NCBI GenBank assembly: GCA_963663385.2
Contig: CAXXXD010000004.1
Span: forward strand, 1,024,001-1,088,000
DNA: 64,000 nt
Reading direction: 5' to 3'
Source of the DNA: Oceanispirochaeta sp.
GTDB taxonomy: Bacteria > Spirochaetota > Spirochaetia > DSM-2461
This document shows positions 18,983 through 29,812 of this stretch, piece after piece; the first letter of the stretch is position 1, and each line of letters opens with the position of its first letter. Both the position numbers and the translations under genes were made by a program. The notes under the pieces are model-generated. The model searched no databases, was not told the DNA's origin, and saw nothing but the letters and a program-made list of their open reading frames with translations.

Positions 18983-20929
18983 ATGTATAATTCCCTTCTT
19001 GATATACCCTTTGAAGCCGCCGGGAAGTACCCGGACAGAATATCTCATCAATTCCGCAGCGGAAAACAGACCGAAACCAGAACCTTTAAAGATTTCAGTC
19101 GGATGATTGAAGTTCTGACAGCCGGATTTGACTCCTTTGGAATTGAAAAGAAAGACCATGCAGGCTTTTTTATGAACAACCGTTTTGAGTGGATCTGTAC
19201 GGATTTTGCTTTAATGGCTCTGGGTGCCGTGTCTGTTCCCCGCGGTTCGGATACTACACCAAAGGAAGTTCAGTTCATCTTCCATCACTCCGATTCGGTT
19301 TATCTGATTCTGGAAAACCAGCAGCAGCTGAAGGAGCTGATACCCGTTTTTTCTGCACAAGACTGGAAACAGTGTAAAAGGGTTTTTGTACTGGATAAAA
19401 AGGAGGGGTTTACTCTTCCGGACGATTTTACAAACGACCTGATCTACTACGATGAGATAATTGCCGCCGGAGAGAAAGCCCTGGCGGAACAACCGGATCT
19501 GATGCGGAAACTTTCTCCCCTGATCAGGAAGGATGATCTTCTGACCATTGTTTATACATCGGGAACAACCGGAAATCCAAAGGGCGTTATGCTGACCCAC
19601 GGGAATTTCCTCCAGAATGTTGTGGCAAATACCCCGCGACTTGAAATTGATCCGGTCAAGGCGGAGAAAACAGTCGTCATGCTTCCCTCCTGGCATGTGT
19701 ATGAAAGAGCTTTCGAATACTGTGCCCTGTCCTGTGCCCTGACCCTGGTCTACTCCTCAGCCGGCCGTTTTGCGGCGGATCTGCTGGCGGTCAAGCCGGA
19801 AATCCTGATATCTGTTCCCCGGGTTTGGGAATCTATCTATCAGAAAATGATCCGGGCTATCAGTGAAATGCCCGCTTTTAAGCGGTATCTTATCTTTTTC
19901 TTTATCAAGCTGAATCAGCAGTATCTCAGTTCAAGGCAATACCTGATGGGGTGTTATATCTCTCTGCACAAAAGGAATTCTCTTGTGAAGACCGCTGTGT
20001 GGATCTATCATCTCTTCCGTCTGATATTATGGACGCCCGGACACGGGATGGCCCATATCCTTTTCAAACCCTTCCGGGACAAGGTGGGAGGGCGTCTGCG
20101 GGGGGCTACTTCCGCCGCCGGATCCCTTCCCAAATACCTGGACGAAATTTTCAACTCCCTGGGGATTAATATTGTTAATGCCTACGGGATGACCGAGTGT
20201 GCTCCCGGGATTCTTTCCCGGACATTTTCCCGTAACACCTTTGGAACCACCGGGGTCCCCTTTGACAATACGGAAGTACAGATCCGCCGGGAGGACGGCA
20301 GCGAAACCGATATCGGGGAGAAGGGGGTGATCTATGCCAGAGGGCCCCAGGTTATGCTGGGGTACTACAAAAATCCCGAGGCGACGAAGGCTGTTCTCAG
20401 TGAAGACGGGTGGCTGAATACGGGGGATCTGGCGGTCCGGTCTGAAAACGGGGAAATAATAATTGTCGGGCGATTAAAAGATACGATTGTTTTAATGGGC
20501 GGAGAAAATGTGGAGCCCGAACCGATAGAGGAAAAAATCAAGGAGAGCCTGTATATCGATCATGCGGTTGTACTGGGGCAGGACCAGAAACAGCTCTCAG
20601 CCATTGTCGCGGTTAACGAAGAGGAACTTATGAAACTGGCGGCGGAGCTTAAACTTTCTGATGTGGAAGTACAGATTGACGGAGATAACTCCATTGAACA
20701 GGATAAGGTTTATGAGGTTCTGCTTAAAGAGGTGAATCGTCTGATTTCAAAGGAGCACGGCTTTAAGCCCTTTGAGTTTGTAACAAAGATACTTCCTGTT
20801 AAAAATGACTTTTCCATCGGGAAGGAACTGACCCAGACCCTTAAAGTGAAGCGCCAGTATATCGAAGAGAAATACAAGAGCCTGATAGCCAGGCTGCATG
20901 AAGATACAGAAAAAAAACGGAAAAAATAA
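18983..20929 (+). CDS. Long-chain acyl-CoA synthetase (AMP-forming)
   Basis: YTSGTTGNPKG, YGMTE, GWLNTGD, GRLKD..V..GGENVEP, ELTQTLKVKR. Confidence 0.92.
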   Translation: MYNSLLDIPFEAAGKYPDRISHQFRSGKQTETRTFKDFSRMIEVLTAGFDSFGIEKKDHAGFFMNNRFEWICTDFALMALGAVSVPRGSDTTPKEVQFIFHHSDSVYLILENQQQLKELIPVFSAQDWKQCKRVFVLDKKEGFTLPDDFTNDLIYYDEIIAAGEKALAEQPDLMRKLSPLIRKDDLLTIVYTSGTTGNPKGVMLTHGNFLQNVVANTPRLEIDPVKAEKTVVMLPSWHVYERAFEYCALSCALTLVYSSAGRFAADLLAVKPEILISVPRVWESIYQKMIRAISEMPAFKRYLIFFFIKLNQQYLSSRQYLMGCYISLHKRNSLVKTAVWIYHLFRLILWTPGHGMAHILFKPFRDKVGGRLRGATSAAGSLPKYLDEIFNSLGINIVNAYGMTECAPGILSRTFSRNTFGTTGVPFDNTEVQIRREDGSETDIGEKGVIYARGPQVMLGYYKNPEATKAVLSEDGWLNTGDLAVRSENGEIIIVGRLKDTIVLMGGENVEPEPIEEKIKESLYIDHAVVLGQDQKQLSAIVAVNEEELMKLAAELKLSDVEVQIDGDNSIEQDKVYEVLLKEVNRLISKEHGFKPFEFVTKILPVKNDFSIGKELTQTLKVKRQYIEEKYKSLIARLHEDTEKKRKK

Positions 20930-21570
20930 TGCTTGGAAAAACAAAAGTCCTGGAAAAAGATATCGATATCTTTCTGGAGAAAATCCAGAATATCAATCAG
21001 ACCTCCTTTGAGGCCGTTCATGACTATATGAGGGGAGAGGAAGATCACTTCCAATCACATAAAGAGAAGACCCGGACTCTGGAGTCAGAGATTGATGCTA
21101 TAAGAATCGAGATTGAACACGGTCTATACGGGGGAATGCTGATCCCCGAATCCAGAGGCGATGTGCTGGGAATTCTGGAGTCCCTGGATGATGTGGCCGA
21201 TTCGGCCAAGGAAATTGCGGTTGCTCTGGATATTGAAAGACCTGAATTCCCGGATTTTATTCGGAGTGATTTTCTGAAAATCGCCCGTATGAGCCGTGAC
21301 TCTGTGGATGAGCTGATACAGGCGGTAACCCTGTTCTTTACCAGTTCCGATCTGACCGGGAATTTCATTAAAAAAGTTAATTACTACGAGCACGAAATAG
21401 ATCAGCTGGAGGAGGAACTGAAACGGAAGATTTTTGCCAGCAATGATATTGCCCGGCTCAGTCATAAAATGCACTTGCGGTATTTTGTGGAGACTCAGGC
21501 GAAATTGTCGGATGAGGCGGAATCTGTCTGCCAGAGACTGGCCCTTTCCTCCATGAAGAGAAGCATCTAA
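20929..21570 (+). CDS. DUF47 (PhoU-like) phosphate transport regulator
   Basis: Helical protein with LESEID.IR and YYEHEID repeats; directly upstream of the PiT gene. Confidence 0.82.
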   Translation: MLGKTKVLEKDIDIFLEKIQNINQTSFEAVHDYMRGEEDHFQSHKEKTRTLESEIDAIRIEIEHGLYGGMLIPESRGDVLGILESLDDVADSAKEIAVALDIERPEFPDFIRSDFLKIARMSRDSVDELIQAVTLFFTSSDLTGNFIKKVNYYEHEIDQLEEELKRKIFASNDIARLSHKMHLRYFVETQAKLSDEAESVCQRLALSSMKRSI

Positions 21571-21579
21571 GGGGCTCTC

Positions 21580-22625
21580 ATGATCACAATCCTGTTCTAC
21601 CTTTCCAGCGGTCTCTTTCTGGGCTGGTCTCTGGGGGCCAATGATGCGGCCAATGTCTTCGGTACTGCTGTCGGTTCCAAAATGGTCCGTTTCAAGGTGG
21701 CCGCGGTTATCTGCAGTATTTTTCTGATTATCGGCGCCGTTGCCGGCGGGGCCGGAGCCAGTCATACCCTGGGGAAGCTGGGAGCCGTCAGCTCCCTGCC
21801 GGGCGCTTATACAGTAGCCCTGTCTGCTGCCATTTCGGTTTTTTTTATGACCCGTACAGGGCTGCCTGTTTCGACTTCCCAGGCTATTGTCGGAGGGATT
21901 ATCGGCTGGAATATTTATGCAGGACTGGCGACAGATCCGGAGGTTTTCAGGAAGATCGCCCTGACCTGGGTCCTCTGTCCGGTTCTGGCCTGTGTTTTCA
22001 GTGTCCTTCTGTACTGGCTGCTGCGATTTGTTCTTTCAAAGCTGACGCTCCATATCCTCCGTCTGGATATCTATACCCGGGCCTCCCTGATCCTGGTGGG
22101 CGCCTTCGGCTCCTACAGTCTGGGGGCTAATAATATTGCCAATGTAATGGGGGTTTTTATACCTTCCTCTCCTTTTTCGGATCTTATACTCCCCGGGGGG
22201 CTGGTATTCAGCAGTGTGCAGCAGCTCTTTCTATTGGGAGGAGTTTCCATTGCAGCGGGGGTTATCACCTACTCCCGGAAGGTGATGAATACGGTTGGCA
22301 CGGGTATTTTCCCGCTCTCTCCCATTACAGCTGTAGTTGTGGTTGTGGCCAGTTCTCTGGTTCTGTTTGTATTTGCCTCCCAGGACCTTCAGAATCTGAT
22401 GCGCTCTGCCGGACTGCCGGCTTTTCCGCTTGTTCCGGTTTCCAGCTCTCAGGCGGTCGTCGGGGCGGTTATGGGGATAGGTCTGGTGAAGGGGGGAGGA
22501 ATCTGAAACTGGGTTCCCTGGGGAAAATAGGGCTGGGCTGGATTGCCACCCCCCTGATGGCGGCGCTGATCTGCTTTATCATGCTGTATTTTATGGAGAA
22601 TGTTTTTATGACGCAGGTTGTGTAG
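21580..22625 (+). pseudogene. pit: PiT-family inorganic phosphate transporter, frameshifted in a G6 run
   Basis: GANDAAN, PVSTSQ, GANNIAN, PVSSSQ motifs. The ORF stops at 22506. Adding one G at 22491-22496 restores KGGRNLKLGSLGKIGLGWIATPL...QVV* ending at 22625. Confidence 0.8.
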
Positions 22626-22636
22626 GGTCTTTTCCC

Positions 22637-24937
22637 CTACTTGATCCACTCCTCCAGCCTGTTCTGCTCCCGTATCAGATGATACCGGACAAATTCATTT
22701 AAAAAGCGCATTCCCTCTTCCGCAGTGAGAAAAACAGGGACTCCGCCGCTTTCCAGAAACTGCCCCATCCTGTTGTAGGAGGAGTCCATTCCCGATGTGG
22801 CGGTAAGGGATACAATCAGGGGTTTTTTATGCCGGGCTGCCACTTCCGTAATCCCTTTGGCAATATGATCGGGGTAGCAGGCAATCTCCTCGTCCGTGGT
22901 ATGGAGGTAGCCCGAATGGGGGACGATGGAAACCAGGAGGGCGTCCACTTCTTCTGATGCCAGCAGCAGATCAATCGCTTTGACAAACACTTCGTCTCCT
23001 ATCATGGGTGTCAGATCCAGAAGAGTTTCCACAGTTACAAAAGAGGGCAGGAGCGCCCGGAGTCTGTCGGATGTTTCAGCACCCAGATTCGCCAGAACAA
23101 GGTCTTTCAGATTGTCTGCGGCATTGGCTTTCTCATAACCCGCATTGGTAATGACAGCTGTTCTGTTTCCCCTGACCCTGCAGTCGTGAAGCATGGAGAA
23201 TGTTTTGATATACCCCAGATGCTCGGACATGGTGTCCGCCACAATCAGCCCGGCCTGCTTCATGGCAGCTTTGGCCACGGCATACTCCCCGGCAATACTG
23301 GCGGTATGGGATTGGGTGGCCATCTGTCCTTCCTGAGTCCGTCCCGCCTTGTAGACAACGATGGGGACCCTGTTCTGATCTGCCAGCCCCCGGGAGCCGA
23401 TATTGAAAAAACGCCGGCCCGCCCCGGGCTGAAATCCCTCAATGTACACACCGATAACCCGGATATCAGGGTCATCCCCCCAGAACCGGATCAGGTCGCA
23501 GGGATCCACATCCAGCTGGTTCCCGTAACTGACCACGACCTTTGGACTGACCGCATGACGCAGCTCCGACAGCTCCACCAGCCCCAGGGCGCCGCTCTGG
23601 CTGAAGAGGGCCATATTCCGGTCCCGGGAAAGGTCCAGATGGAACTTCTTCTCCGGAATGAAGAAGGTATTCATTCCCTCTTCACTGCTGTTCCCGGCAT
23701 AAACGACGCCGAGACAGTTGGGGCCCATTATCCGGATATCCTTTTCCCGGCAGAGCCGGAGGATTTCCTCCTCCGGGCCCTTGTCATGGGATGTTTCGCT
23801 GAATCCGCCAGGGATCAGCAGGATGGCCTTACAGGAAATACTGACTGCCTCCTCCACCACAGCCCGTGCCGCGCCGGCCGGAACCGTTACGACAACCAGT
23901 TCTACCGGGACAGGTAGATTCTGCAGGGATTGATAGAGGGGGACGTTTTGTCCCTCTATCTCAGTGCTGCCTCCCTTCGGATTGACGCAGTACACATCCT
24001 GTCTCTTCAGGCGGAGCAGATTGGATGCTATGATATTCCCCGGCCGGAGACTGTCTGATGAACTGACTCCCACAACAGCAATCCCTTTTGGACGGAAGAA
24101 GGCATCCATATTGGTGAATTGTCTGGAATCTTTGGGGATTTCCGGCCGTGACAGGGATTCTTCATCCTTTGCGAACACGGCATACCCGTCCAGGGCAATC
24201 ATCCGGTGGTCCTTATCAAAAACAAAGGGATTGATTTCAAACTCCCTGAGAGTAAAAGAGGAATCTGAGGGAAAGAAGTTGGAGAACGATGTGGACAGTT
24301 CGCTGAATTTCAGTTTCACATCCAGGATCTGTTCCATAAAGTCCCCTTTCCCCTCCTGTTCATATTTCTTGTGTATTTCTGTGGAGGAGAGGAGAGCCCG
24401 GGCCCAGTCCGCATTGATGGGGGGAAGAACCAGGTTGGGGGGAGAAAAGTGTTTGGCAAAGTGCTCCGCATCCGAACCGCCCTTGCTGAAACTGATGACA
24501 GGACCGAAGGTCTCGCTTTCCCTGAATCCGATCATTACCTCATTTCCCAGTTCCGGGGAGTAGTCGATAAACTCGGTGAGCAGGGCCCCTTCGGTTTTAT
24601 AGCCGGCGGAGTGGAAACGCTCCATCATGGCCTGATAAGAGTAACGGATAAAATCCGTATCCTTGTGGAGGACTTTGACTCCCCCCAGCTTTTCCTTATG
24701 GGCCACTTCGGGCGAGACGATCTTCAGAACAACCCGGCTGCTGCCGAATCGGGAGAGAAGCTCCCGGTTTATCTGGGACTCTTCTGTGATAAGGGTATGT
24801 CTGGGGGTCCGGATTTCCAGTATTTCCAGTATCCTGTAGACCTCATATTCGTACAATTCCGTTCTGTTTTCGGATGAGGCTTTCTCAAGTACTGTATTGA
24901 TTTCCTTTTGCCAGTCAGGATGGGATATATGTTTCAT
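22637..24937 (-). CDS. ADP-forming acetate/acyl-CoA ligase, ATP-grasp domain first
   Basis: VVLKIVSPEVAHKEKLGGV and EINP in the N-half; GPNCLG, SQSG, SYGN, SHTASIAG, TNAG in the C-half. Confidence 0.88.
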   Translation of the reverse strand: MKHISHPDWQKEINTVLEKASSENRTELYEYEVYRILEILEIRTPRHTLITEESQINRELLSRFGSSRVVLKIVSPEVAHKEKLGGVKVLHKDTDFIRYSYQAMMERFHSAGYKTEGALLTEFIDYSPELGNEVMIGFRESETFGPVISFSKGGSDAEHFAKHFSPPNLVLPPINADWARALLSSTEIHKKYEQEGKGDFMEQILDVKLKFSELSTSFSNFFPSDSSFTLREFEINPFVFDKDHRMIALDGYAVFAKDEESLSRPEIPKDSRQFTNMDAFFRPKGIAVVGVSSSDSLRPGNIIASNLLRLKRQDVYCVNPKGGSTEIEGQNVPLYQSLQNLPVPVELVVVTVPAGAARAVVEEAVSISCKAILLIPGGFSETSHDKGPEEEILRLCREKDIRIMGPNCLGVVYAGNSSEEGMNTFFIPEKKFHLDLSRDRNMALFSQSGALGLVELSELRHAVSPKVVVSYGNQLDVDPCDLIRFWGDDPDIRVIGVYIEGFQPGAGRRFFNIGSRGLADQNRVPIVVYKAGRTQEGQMATQSHTASIAGEYAVAKAAMKQAGLIVADTMSEHLGYIKTFSMLHDCRVRGNRTAVITNAGYEKANAADNLKDLVLANLGAETSDRLRALLPSFVTVETLLDLTPMIGDEVFVKAIDLLLASEEVDALLVSIVPHSGYLHTTDEEIACYPDHIAKGITEVAARHKKPLIVSLTATSGMDSSYNRMGQFLESGGVPVFLTAEEGMRFLNEFVRYHLIREQNRLEEWIK

Positions 24938-25077
24938 AGGGGGGGCTCCTTCAATCAGTTCCTATTCAGATTCTAACGGTTGGGGAGCTTTCCTGCCAGA
25001 AGAAAATCTAACAGGGACAGGACAGACTCTGACTGGACAGAATGGACTTTTTTTAGAAAAGGCAATAAAGAACGCTG

Positions 25078-26124
25078 CTAAAGGGTCACTTCCTTCTGTT
25101 CTCCCATGGCTGTGAATCCCTCAAAAGATACGATCTCTCCGCCGGGCAGAGAGACTGTTCCTTTCAGTTCACCGAAAATGCCATGATAGTCGGAACGGGC
25201 CAATCCAAGATTAAATTGAATGGGAACATCCGAACCCGGATGAAAGTCCAGATTGATCCAGCCGTATTCATCCCTGATCTGCCAGGTTCCCATTACTCCG
25301 TCGGGACGGGAGAAACTAACAGGCGGGAGAGGGTACAGCTCCCCGTCTTTCCATAATCCGTTTTCATTGTATTTATCGGGATTCTGAATCTGATTACGGG
25401 TCAGGTTGATACCGGTCCGCTTTCCCTCTTCGTCCAGCCCCATGGTTGTGATCCAGTCATATTTCATGGTACGGGGATAGAATCCCTTATGGTCGTCCAG
25501 GACGACAGAGCTCTCTTCTGGAATAAAATCGGAGGTTTCATCCCCGATGGTTAACGAGCCTTCCCCGGACATAAGGGCTTTATGGGAGTAAAGGGGACGG
25601 TTCTTATCAAAGGGATGAACAATCACAAGGGGAGCGGCTGTATTCCGGGCTATAATTGAACCGCTGATGGCCGGCAGACCCGCAAAGTTCCAGGCGCTGA
25701 ATTCCATTTCAATGGTATCTTCTTTCAGGTTGTTGAAAATATCGATATTCAGATTATTGCTGTAATAGTAACAGCGGGATTTATCCAGACCCAGGGGAAG
25801 GTGCAGCTGCCAGGGGGGGACTTTCCTCTCATAACGGTAGACCCGGTTCTCCTTTTTGTTATAGGCCATTATAACGGCTATCCCCAGCAGTTTGGCGTTG
25901 TAAACAGCCAGACAGATAAACCACTCCCTGTTTGACAGCTGGTATGCCTGCCACTCCTTGAGTCTCATATTGTTCAGAAAGCGGGGAAGGGGAAATCCCA
26001 GAGGGGCAGAGGTCTTCAGCAGATCAGGATTTGCGACCGCCCCGTTATAATTCCCCATCTGACACTGCCCGTCGGGGCAGAGTTCTTCCGGGGGAGGTTT
26101 TATCGTTCGTTTGTAATCCTGCAT
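25078..26124 (-). CDS. DUF2804-like hypothetical protein
   Basis: RLKEWQAY, YSHK, LDDHKGFYP..MKYDW, NENGLW pattern. Confidence 0.7.
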   Translation of the reverse strand: MQDYKRTIKPPPEELCPDGQCQMGNYNGAVANPDLLKTSAPLGFPLPRFLNNMRLKEWQAYQLSNREWFICLAVYNAKLLGIAVIMAYNKKENRVYRYERKVPPWQLHLPLGLDKSRCYYYSNNLNIDIFNNLKEDTIEMEFSAWNFAGLPAISGSIIARNTAAPLVIVHPFDKNRPLYSHKALMSGEGSLTIGDETSDFIPEESSVVLDDHKGFYPRTMKYDWITTMGLDEEGKRTGINLTRNQIQNPDKYNENGLWKDGELYPLPPVSFSRPDGVMGTWQIRDEYGWINLDFHPGSDVPIQFNLGLARSDYHGIFGELKGTVSLPGGEIVSFEGFTAMGEQKEVTL

Positions 26125-26208
26125 ATACCGGCTCCTCAGGCACCATTGTACTCCCCGTAACCCGCTCTGTATACTATTCTTAAAGGGAGATTTGCCTGAC
26201 AGCCAAGG

Positions 26209-27552
26209 TCAGGACTCCTCTTCAACCGGGGGGGATGGACGGCGTACTTTGAATGCCAGTACAAACAGTACCAGGCTTACGGACAGACAGGACAGGGATG
26301 CCATACTGTAGGAACCCGTGTACCTTTTTACCATACTGAAAAAGTAAGGGCCGATAGCAGAGCCGGCTACAAGAAATCCCATAACCTGTCCCGTAATAGC
26401 TCCCAGATGGGTAATCCCGTAATAACGGGGCCATATGACGCTGTTTGTAATATTGAACAGCCCCCCCATAATCCCGTATCCGATAATCACCATGATATAG
26501 TTTATTCCGGGAGAGAGGCGCGCCATAAAAAACATGCATACCACCTGGCTGACCAGCTGGACAATAAGGATATAGCGGATGCGGATATAATCGCTGAGCC
26601 AACTGGCGGTGAAGTTGAAAATTACAGACAGGATGGAAGCGGGAAAGAAAATTCCGATAGCCTGAATCCGGGTCATCCCCGCGGAGGCAAAGATGGATAC
26701 TATGTGAAAGGTAAATGCCGTAACATAGAGGGAGTGCATCCCCAGGGTTAAACCGATAACCCAGAAGGGGAGGGTTTTTCTGGCCTGTTTCAGAGTGAAG
26801 TCTTGAGCCGGATGGCCGGGAGGTCTCTTTCTGTTGACGGCAATTTTCTTTTTGCTGTCCGGTTTCATTCCGCATTCAAAGGGGTTGTCCCGGCTGATCA
26901 GCCAGAATAAAAGGGCACCTATCGTTGCCGTTATCCACCCGATCTGCCGCCAGGCCCCATTCCAGCCGCCGGTTTTCATCATCCCGTTAAGTACCCGCGG
27001 AGCAAGGGAGAACCCGAAAGATATGGAGATCCCCAGTATGGCGTTGGCCATTCCCCTGTGATGATCAAACCATTTCATCACCATATTTTTGGAAATAAGA
27101 GTCAGCATCCCCTGTCCCAGGAAACGGAGGAGAAAAAAGGACACGGATATGGTTAGAAACGCAACAGCAGGCGGCGACAGGGGAAGGAGCCTGTTCAGGG
27201 AGTAGAGAACCGATTCAAGGCAGGAGAGGAATAGCAGGAGGAGCCCCAGCAGAAGCGCCGAGGCAGTCCCTATTTTTCTGGCCCCGTACTGATCCAGCTT
27301 TTTTCCGGCCGGTGTCAGGATTACGGCACTGACAATGGTCCCTATCATATAAGCCAGGGAAAGATTCACTCTGGAAAGGCCCAGAACCCGGATCAGATCG
27401 TCTGTAAAAACCGATACGCCCATGGTCTGGCCCGGTATGCTCATCATCACGCCGATGATGCTCATCCCCAGTATGATCCAGCCGTAGAAAATCGGTACCC
27501 TGGACGGAGCGAATGGTACGGATGTATGTTTTTTGATTGTGCTTTGATTCAT
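26209..27552 (-). CDS. MFS transporter
   Basis: About 12 TM segments; GKKLDQYGAR motif A; WFDHHRG.A; YYGITHLGAI.G. Confidence 0.9.
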   Translation of the reverse strand: MNQSTIKKHTSVPFAPSRVPIFYGWIILGMSIIGVMMSIPGQTMGVSVFTDDLIRVLGLSRVNLSLAYMIGTIVSAVILTPAGKKLDQYGARKIGTASALLLGLLLLFLSCLESVLYSLNRLLPLSPPAVAFLTISVSFFLLRFLGQGMLTLISKNMVMKWFDHHRGMANAILGISISFGFSLAPRVLNGMMKTGGWNGAWRQIGWITATIGALLFWLISRDNPFECGMKPDSKKKIAVNRKRPPGHPAQDFTLKQARKTLPFWVIGLTLGMHSLYVTAFTFHIVSIFASAGMTRIQAIGIFFPASILSVIFNFTASWLSDYIRIRYILIVQLVSQVVCMFFMARLSPGINYIMVIIGYGIMGGLFNITNSVIWPRYYGITHLGAITGQVMGFLVAGSAIGPYFFSMVKRYTGSYSMASLSCLSVSLVLFVLAFKVRRPSPPVEEES

Positions 27553-27618
27553 TACCCGCCATCATAAGCGGTCTACCTGTCTCAGGCAACAGGTTGGAAA
27601 CATTATTGTCAGACAATA

Positions 27619-28098
27619 TCAGGGAATTGTTATTTCTCCTTCAAATATCAGGTCTGCCGGTTTTGATGAATCATCATCCCTGCCAGCTCCCAGAAACAGG
27701 CGGTAGGTTTTTCCTCTTTCCAGAGTTGTATCCAGTTCATCGTCGCTGTTCAGAGGGATGGAGAAGGTCATGGCTGTCCGGTCTCTATCCTGATTTCCTT
27801 CCAGCACCTGTATATCCTGGGAACCCTCCTGGAGCATATCGTTTCTGTGTTCCTCCAGGGAGCCGAAATGATCTTCTCCCATGGGAAGCCCCAGCATATC
27901 CTCCATCCAGACAATAATCAGATTGTCTTCAAGGCCGAAACCAAGCCAGCCGGTTCCGGGGCCTGTCAGATCGACTATCAGTTTTTCTCCTCTGGTTTCA
28001 CAGGACAGACTGAAATTTTCTGTATTCACCTTTTCCTGAGCTGGTACGGGAAATAAGACAGCAAGTAAAAATAAAGCGATTAAGGAATAATATTTCAT
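27619..28098 (-). CDS. Exported DOMON-like domain protein
   Basis: Signal peptide; TGWLGFG, EDHF, DIQVLEG, FSIPLNSDD pattern. Confidence 0.65.
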   Translation of the reverse strand: MKYYSLIALFLLAVLFPVPAQEKVNTENFSLSCETRGEKLIVDLTGPGTGWLGFGLEDNLIIVWMEDMLGLPMGEDHFGSLEEHRNDMLQEGSQDIQVLEGNQDRDRTAMTFSIPLNSDDELDTTLERGKTYRLFLGAGRDDDSSKPADLIFEGEITIP

Positions 28099-28286
28099 TT
28101 CATTCTCCGGGAAATGGGCATGTTCTGATTAATTGACTGGAATAACGGGATTTCAGCTTTCCATTCCTGTTTTATTTTACGGGAATCCCCTCCGATATAT
28201 TAAGTAATTCCGTAAAAAGATCTGGAAAAATGGAATTTCCGGGGCTAGAATTGACTTTAAGTGAGACTTGTAAGGGGGATTGTTCC

Positions 28287-28829
28287 ATGGATAAACATCT
28301 GGCTGTAATAACTGCCGTAGGTAGTGACCGAATAGGAATTGTAGATGATTTCACATCATTTATCGAAGATAAGAAGGCTAACATTCAGGAGAGCCGGATG
28401 GCTGTTCTTGGAGGGGAATTTGCCGTTATTATGCTGGTTTCCGGTCAGAAGAGAGCCATCAGCGGATTAATTGGTTCCGTAGAGGAACTTGAAAAAAAAT
28501 CAGGGCTGAGAATTGAGATAAAACCGACCATTCCCCAGGACAAGGATGAAAACAGTATTCCCTATCTGCTGGAATGCGTATCCCTGGACAGCCCCGGGCT
28601 GGTACACTCGGTTACCCGGTTTATCCGTCAGGAAGGGATAAATATTGAGGACCTTGAGACTGAAACAACACACGCCCCCTGGACGGGAGCACCCCTTTTC
28701 AAGATGAAGGCTCATGTGTTTGTCCCCATGTCGCTGTCTGTCCAGAAAATAAAGGCCGGACTGACCCGGCTGGAGCAGGAGAAGGACCTGGATATTACCT
28801 TCCGTGCCATAACCGGCCAGAACAGCTGA
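28287..28829 (+). CDS. GcvR-like tandem ACT-domain protein
   Basis: LAVITAVGSDRIGIV, SRMAVLGGEFA, DSPGLVHSV; start placed at MDKHL. Confidence 0.85.
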   Translation: MDKHLAVITAVGSDRIGIVDDFTSFIEDKKANIQESRMAVLGGEFAVIMLVSGQKRAISGLIGSVEELEKKSGLRIEIKPTIPQDKDENSIPYLLECVSLDSPGLVHSVTRFIRQEGINIEDLETETTHAPWTGAPLFKMKAHVFVPMSLSVQKIKAGLTRLEQEKDLDITFRAITGQNS

Positions 28830-28838
28830 TTGGACAGT

Positions 28839-29786
28839 ATGGTATTACAAAGCAACAGACACTATCTCTTATTCCTAGACAGGAAAGTTCTTATTGAAGA
28901 AGGCAGAACATTGACTATCGGCAGGGATGAGAACTGTGATATTTATCTGGATGAGAGAACAGTCTCCCGGCAGCATGCCAGTATCACACGGGATAAAGAC
29001 AAGGTCATAATCCGGGACCTCGGGAGTACAAACGGTATTCAGCTCAATTACAGGAATGTTACAGAACAGATTCTAAACAGTGAGGACCGCATCACAATCG
29101 GCCCTTTTGTTCTGGTCTACAGGGTCGTTTCCAATGAGGCGGCAGAAGAGAGCAATCTCAGATCCGAAGAGAATATGCTTTCGGAGACACTTGTTCTGGA
29201 AAACAAGGTTGCGGCCATTCTGAACAGTATCAAAGATCCGGATATCCGGAATCAGCTGTTTGAACTGAAGCACATTATCAACCGGTCCAAAGAGAAGCTT
29301 TCCCGGCTGGCGCTGGTGGACAGGCTGACCCTGCTGTATAACAGGCGGTACTTTGATGACGTTCTCCCCCGGGAGGTGGAACGGTCCCGCCGGTATAAAC
29401 AGGACCTCTGTCTGGTAATGATCGATATCGACCATTTCAAGGACTTCAATGATACCCACGGGCATCAGAAGGGTGATGAAATCCTGAAGGAGACCGCCCG
29501 AATAATCAGTGACAATATTCGTCTGAATGACATCGCCGCCCGCTACGGAGGAGAGGAAATGGCTGTCATCCTTCCCGAAGCCTCCCTGTCCAGCGCTTTT
29601 TTTACAGCTGAGAAACTGAGGGCTGCCATCGAAACCGAATCCCGGTTGAGAACGGGGCTTCAGGTTACAGCCAGTCTGGGTGTGGCTGCCTTTTCGGACA
29701 GTGAGAACGCTGTTTCTGATCTGATCAGCCGGGCGGACAGTGCTCTGTATAAAGCTAAGGATGCCGGGCGTAACTGTGTAAAATAG
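28839..29786 (+). CDS. FHA-domain diguanylate cyclase
   Basis: FHA motifs IGR, VSRQHA, DLGSTNG; GGDEF motifs DIDHFK, RLND I-site, RYGGEE. Confidence 0.9.
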   Translation: MVLQSNRHYLLFLDRKVLIEEGRTLTIGRDENCDIYLDERTVSRQHASITRDKDKVIIRDLGSTNGIQLNYRNVTEQILNSEDRITIGPFVLVYRVVSNEAAEESNLRSEENMLSETLVLENKVAAILNSIKDPDIRNQLFELKHIINRSKEKLSRLALVDRLTLLYNRRYFDDVLPREVERSRRYKQDLCLVMIDIDHFKDFNDTHGHQKGDEILKETARIISDNIRLNDIAARYGGEEMAVILPEASLSSAFFTAEKLRAAIETESRLRTGLQVTASLGVAAFSDSENAVSDLISRADSALYKAKDAGRNCVK

Positions 29787-29812
29787 ACTCCATTGCTGAA
29801 CTTGAGGAAGAA

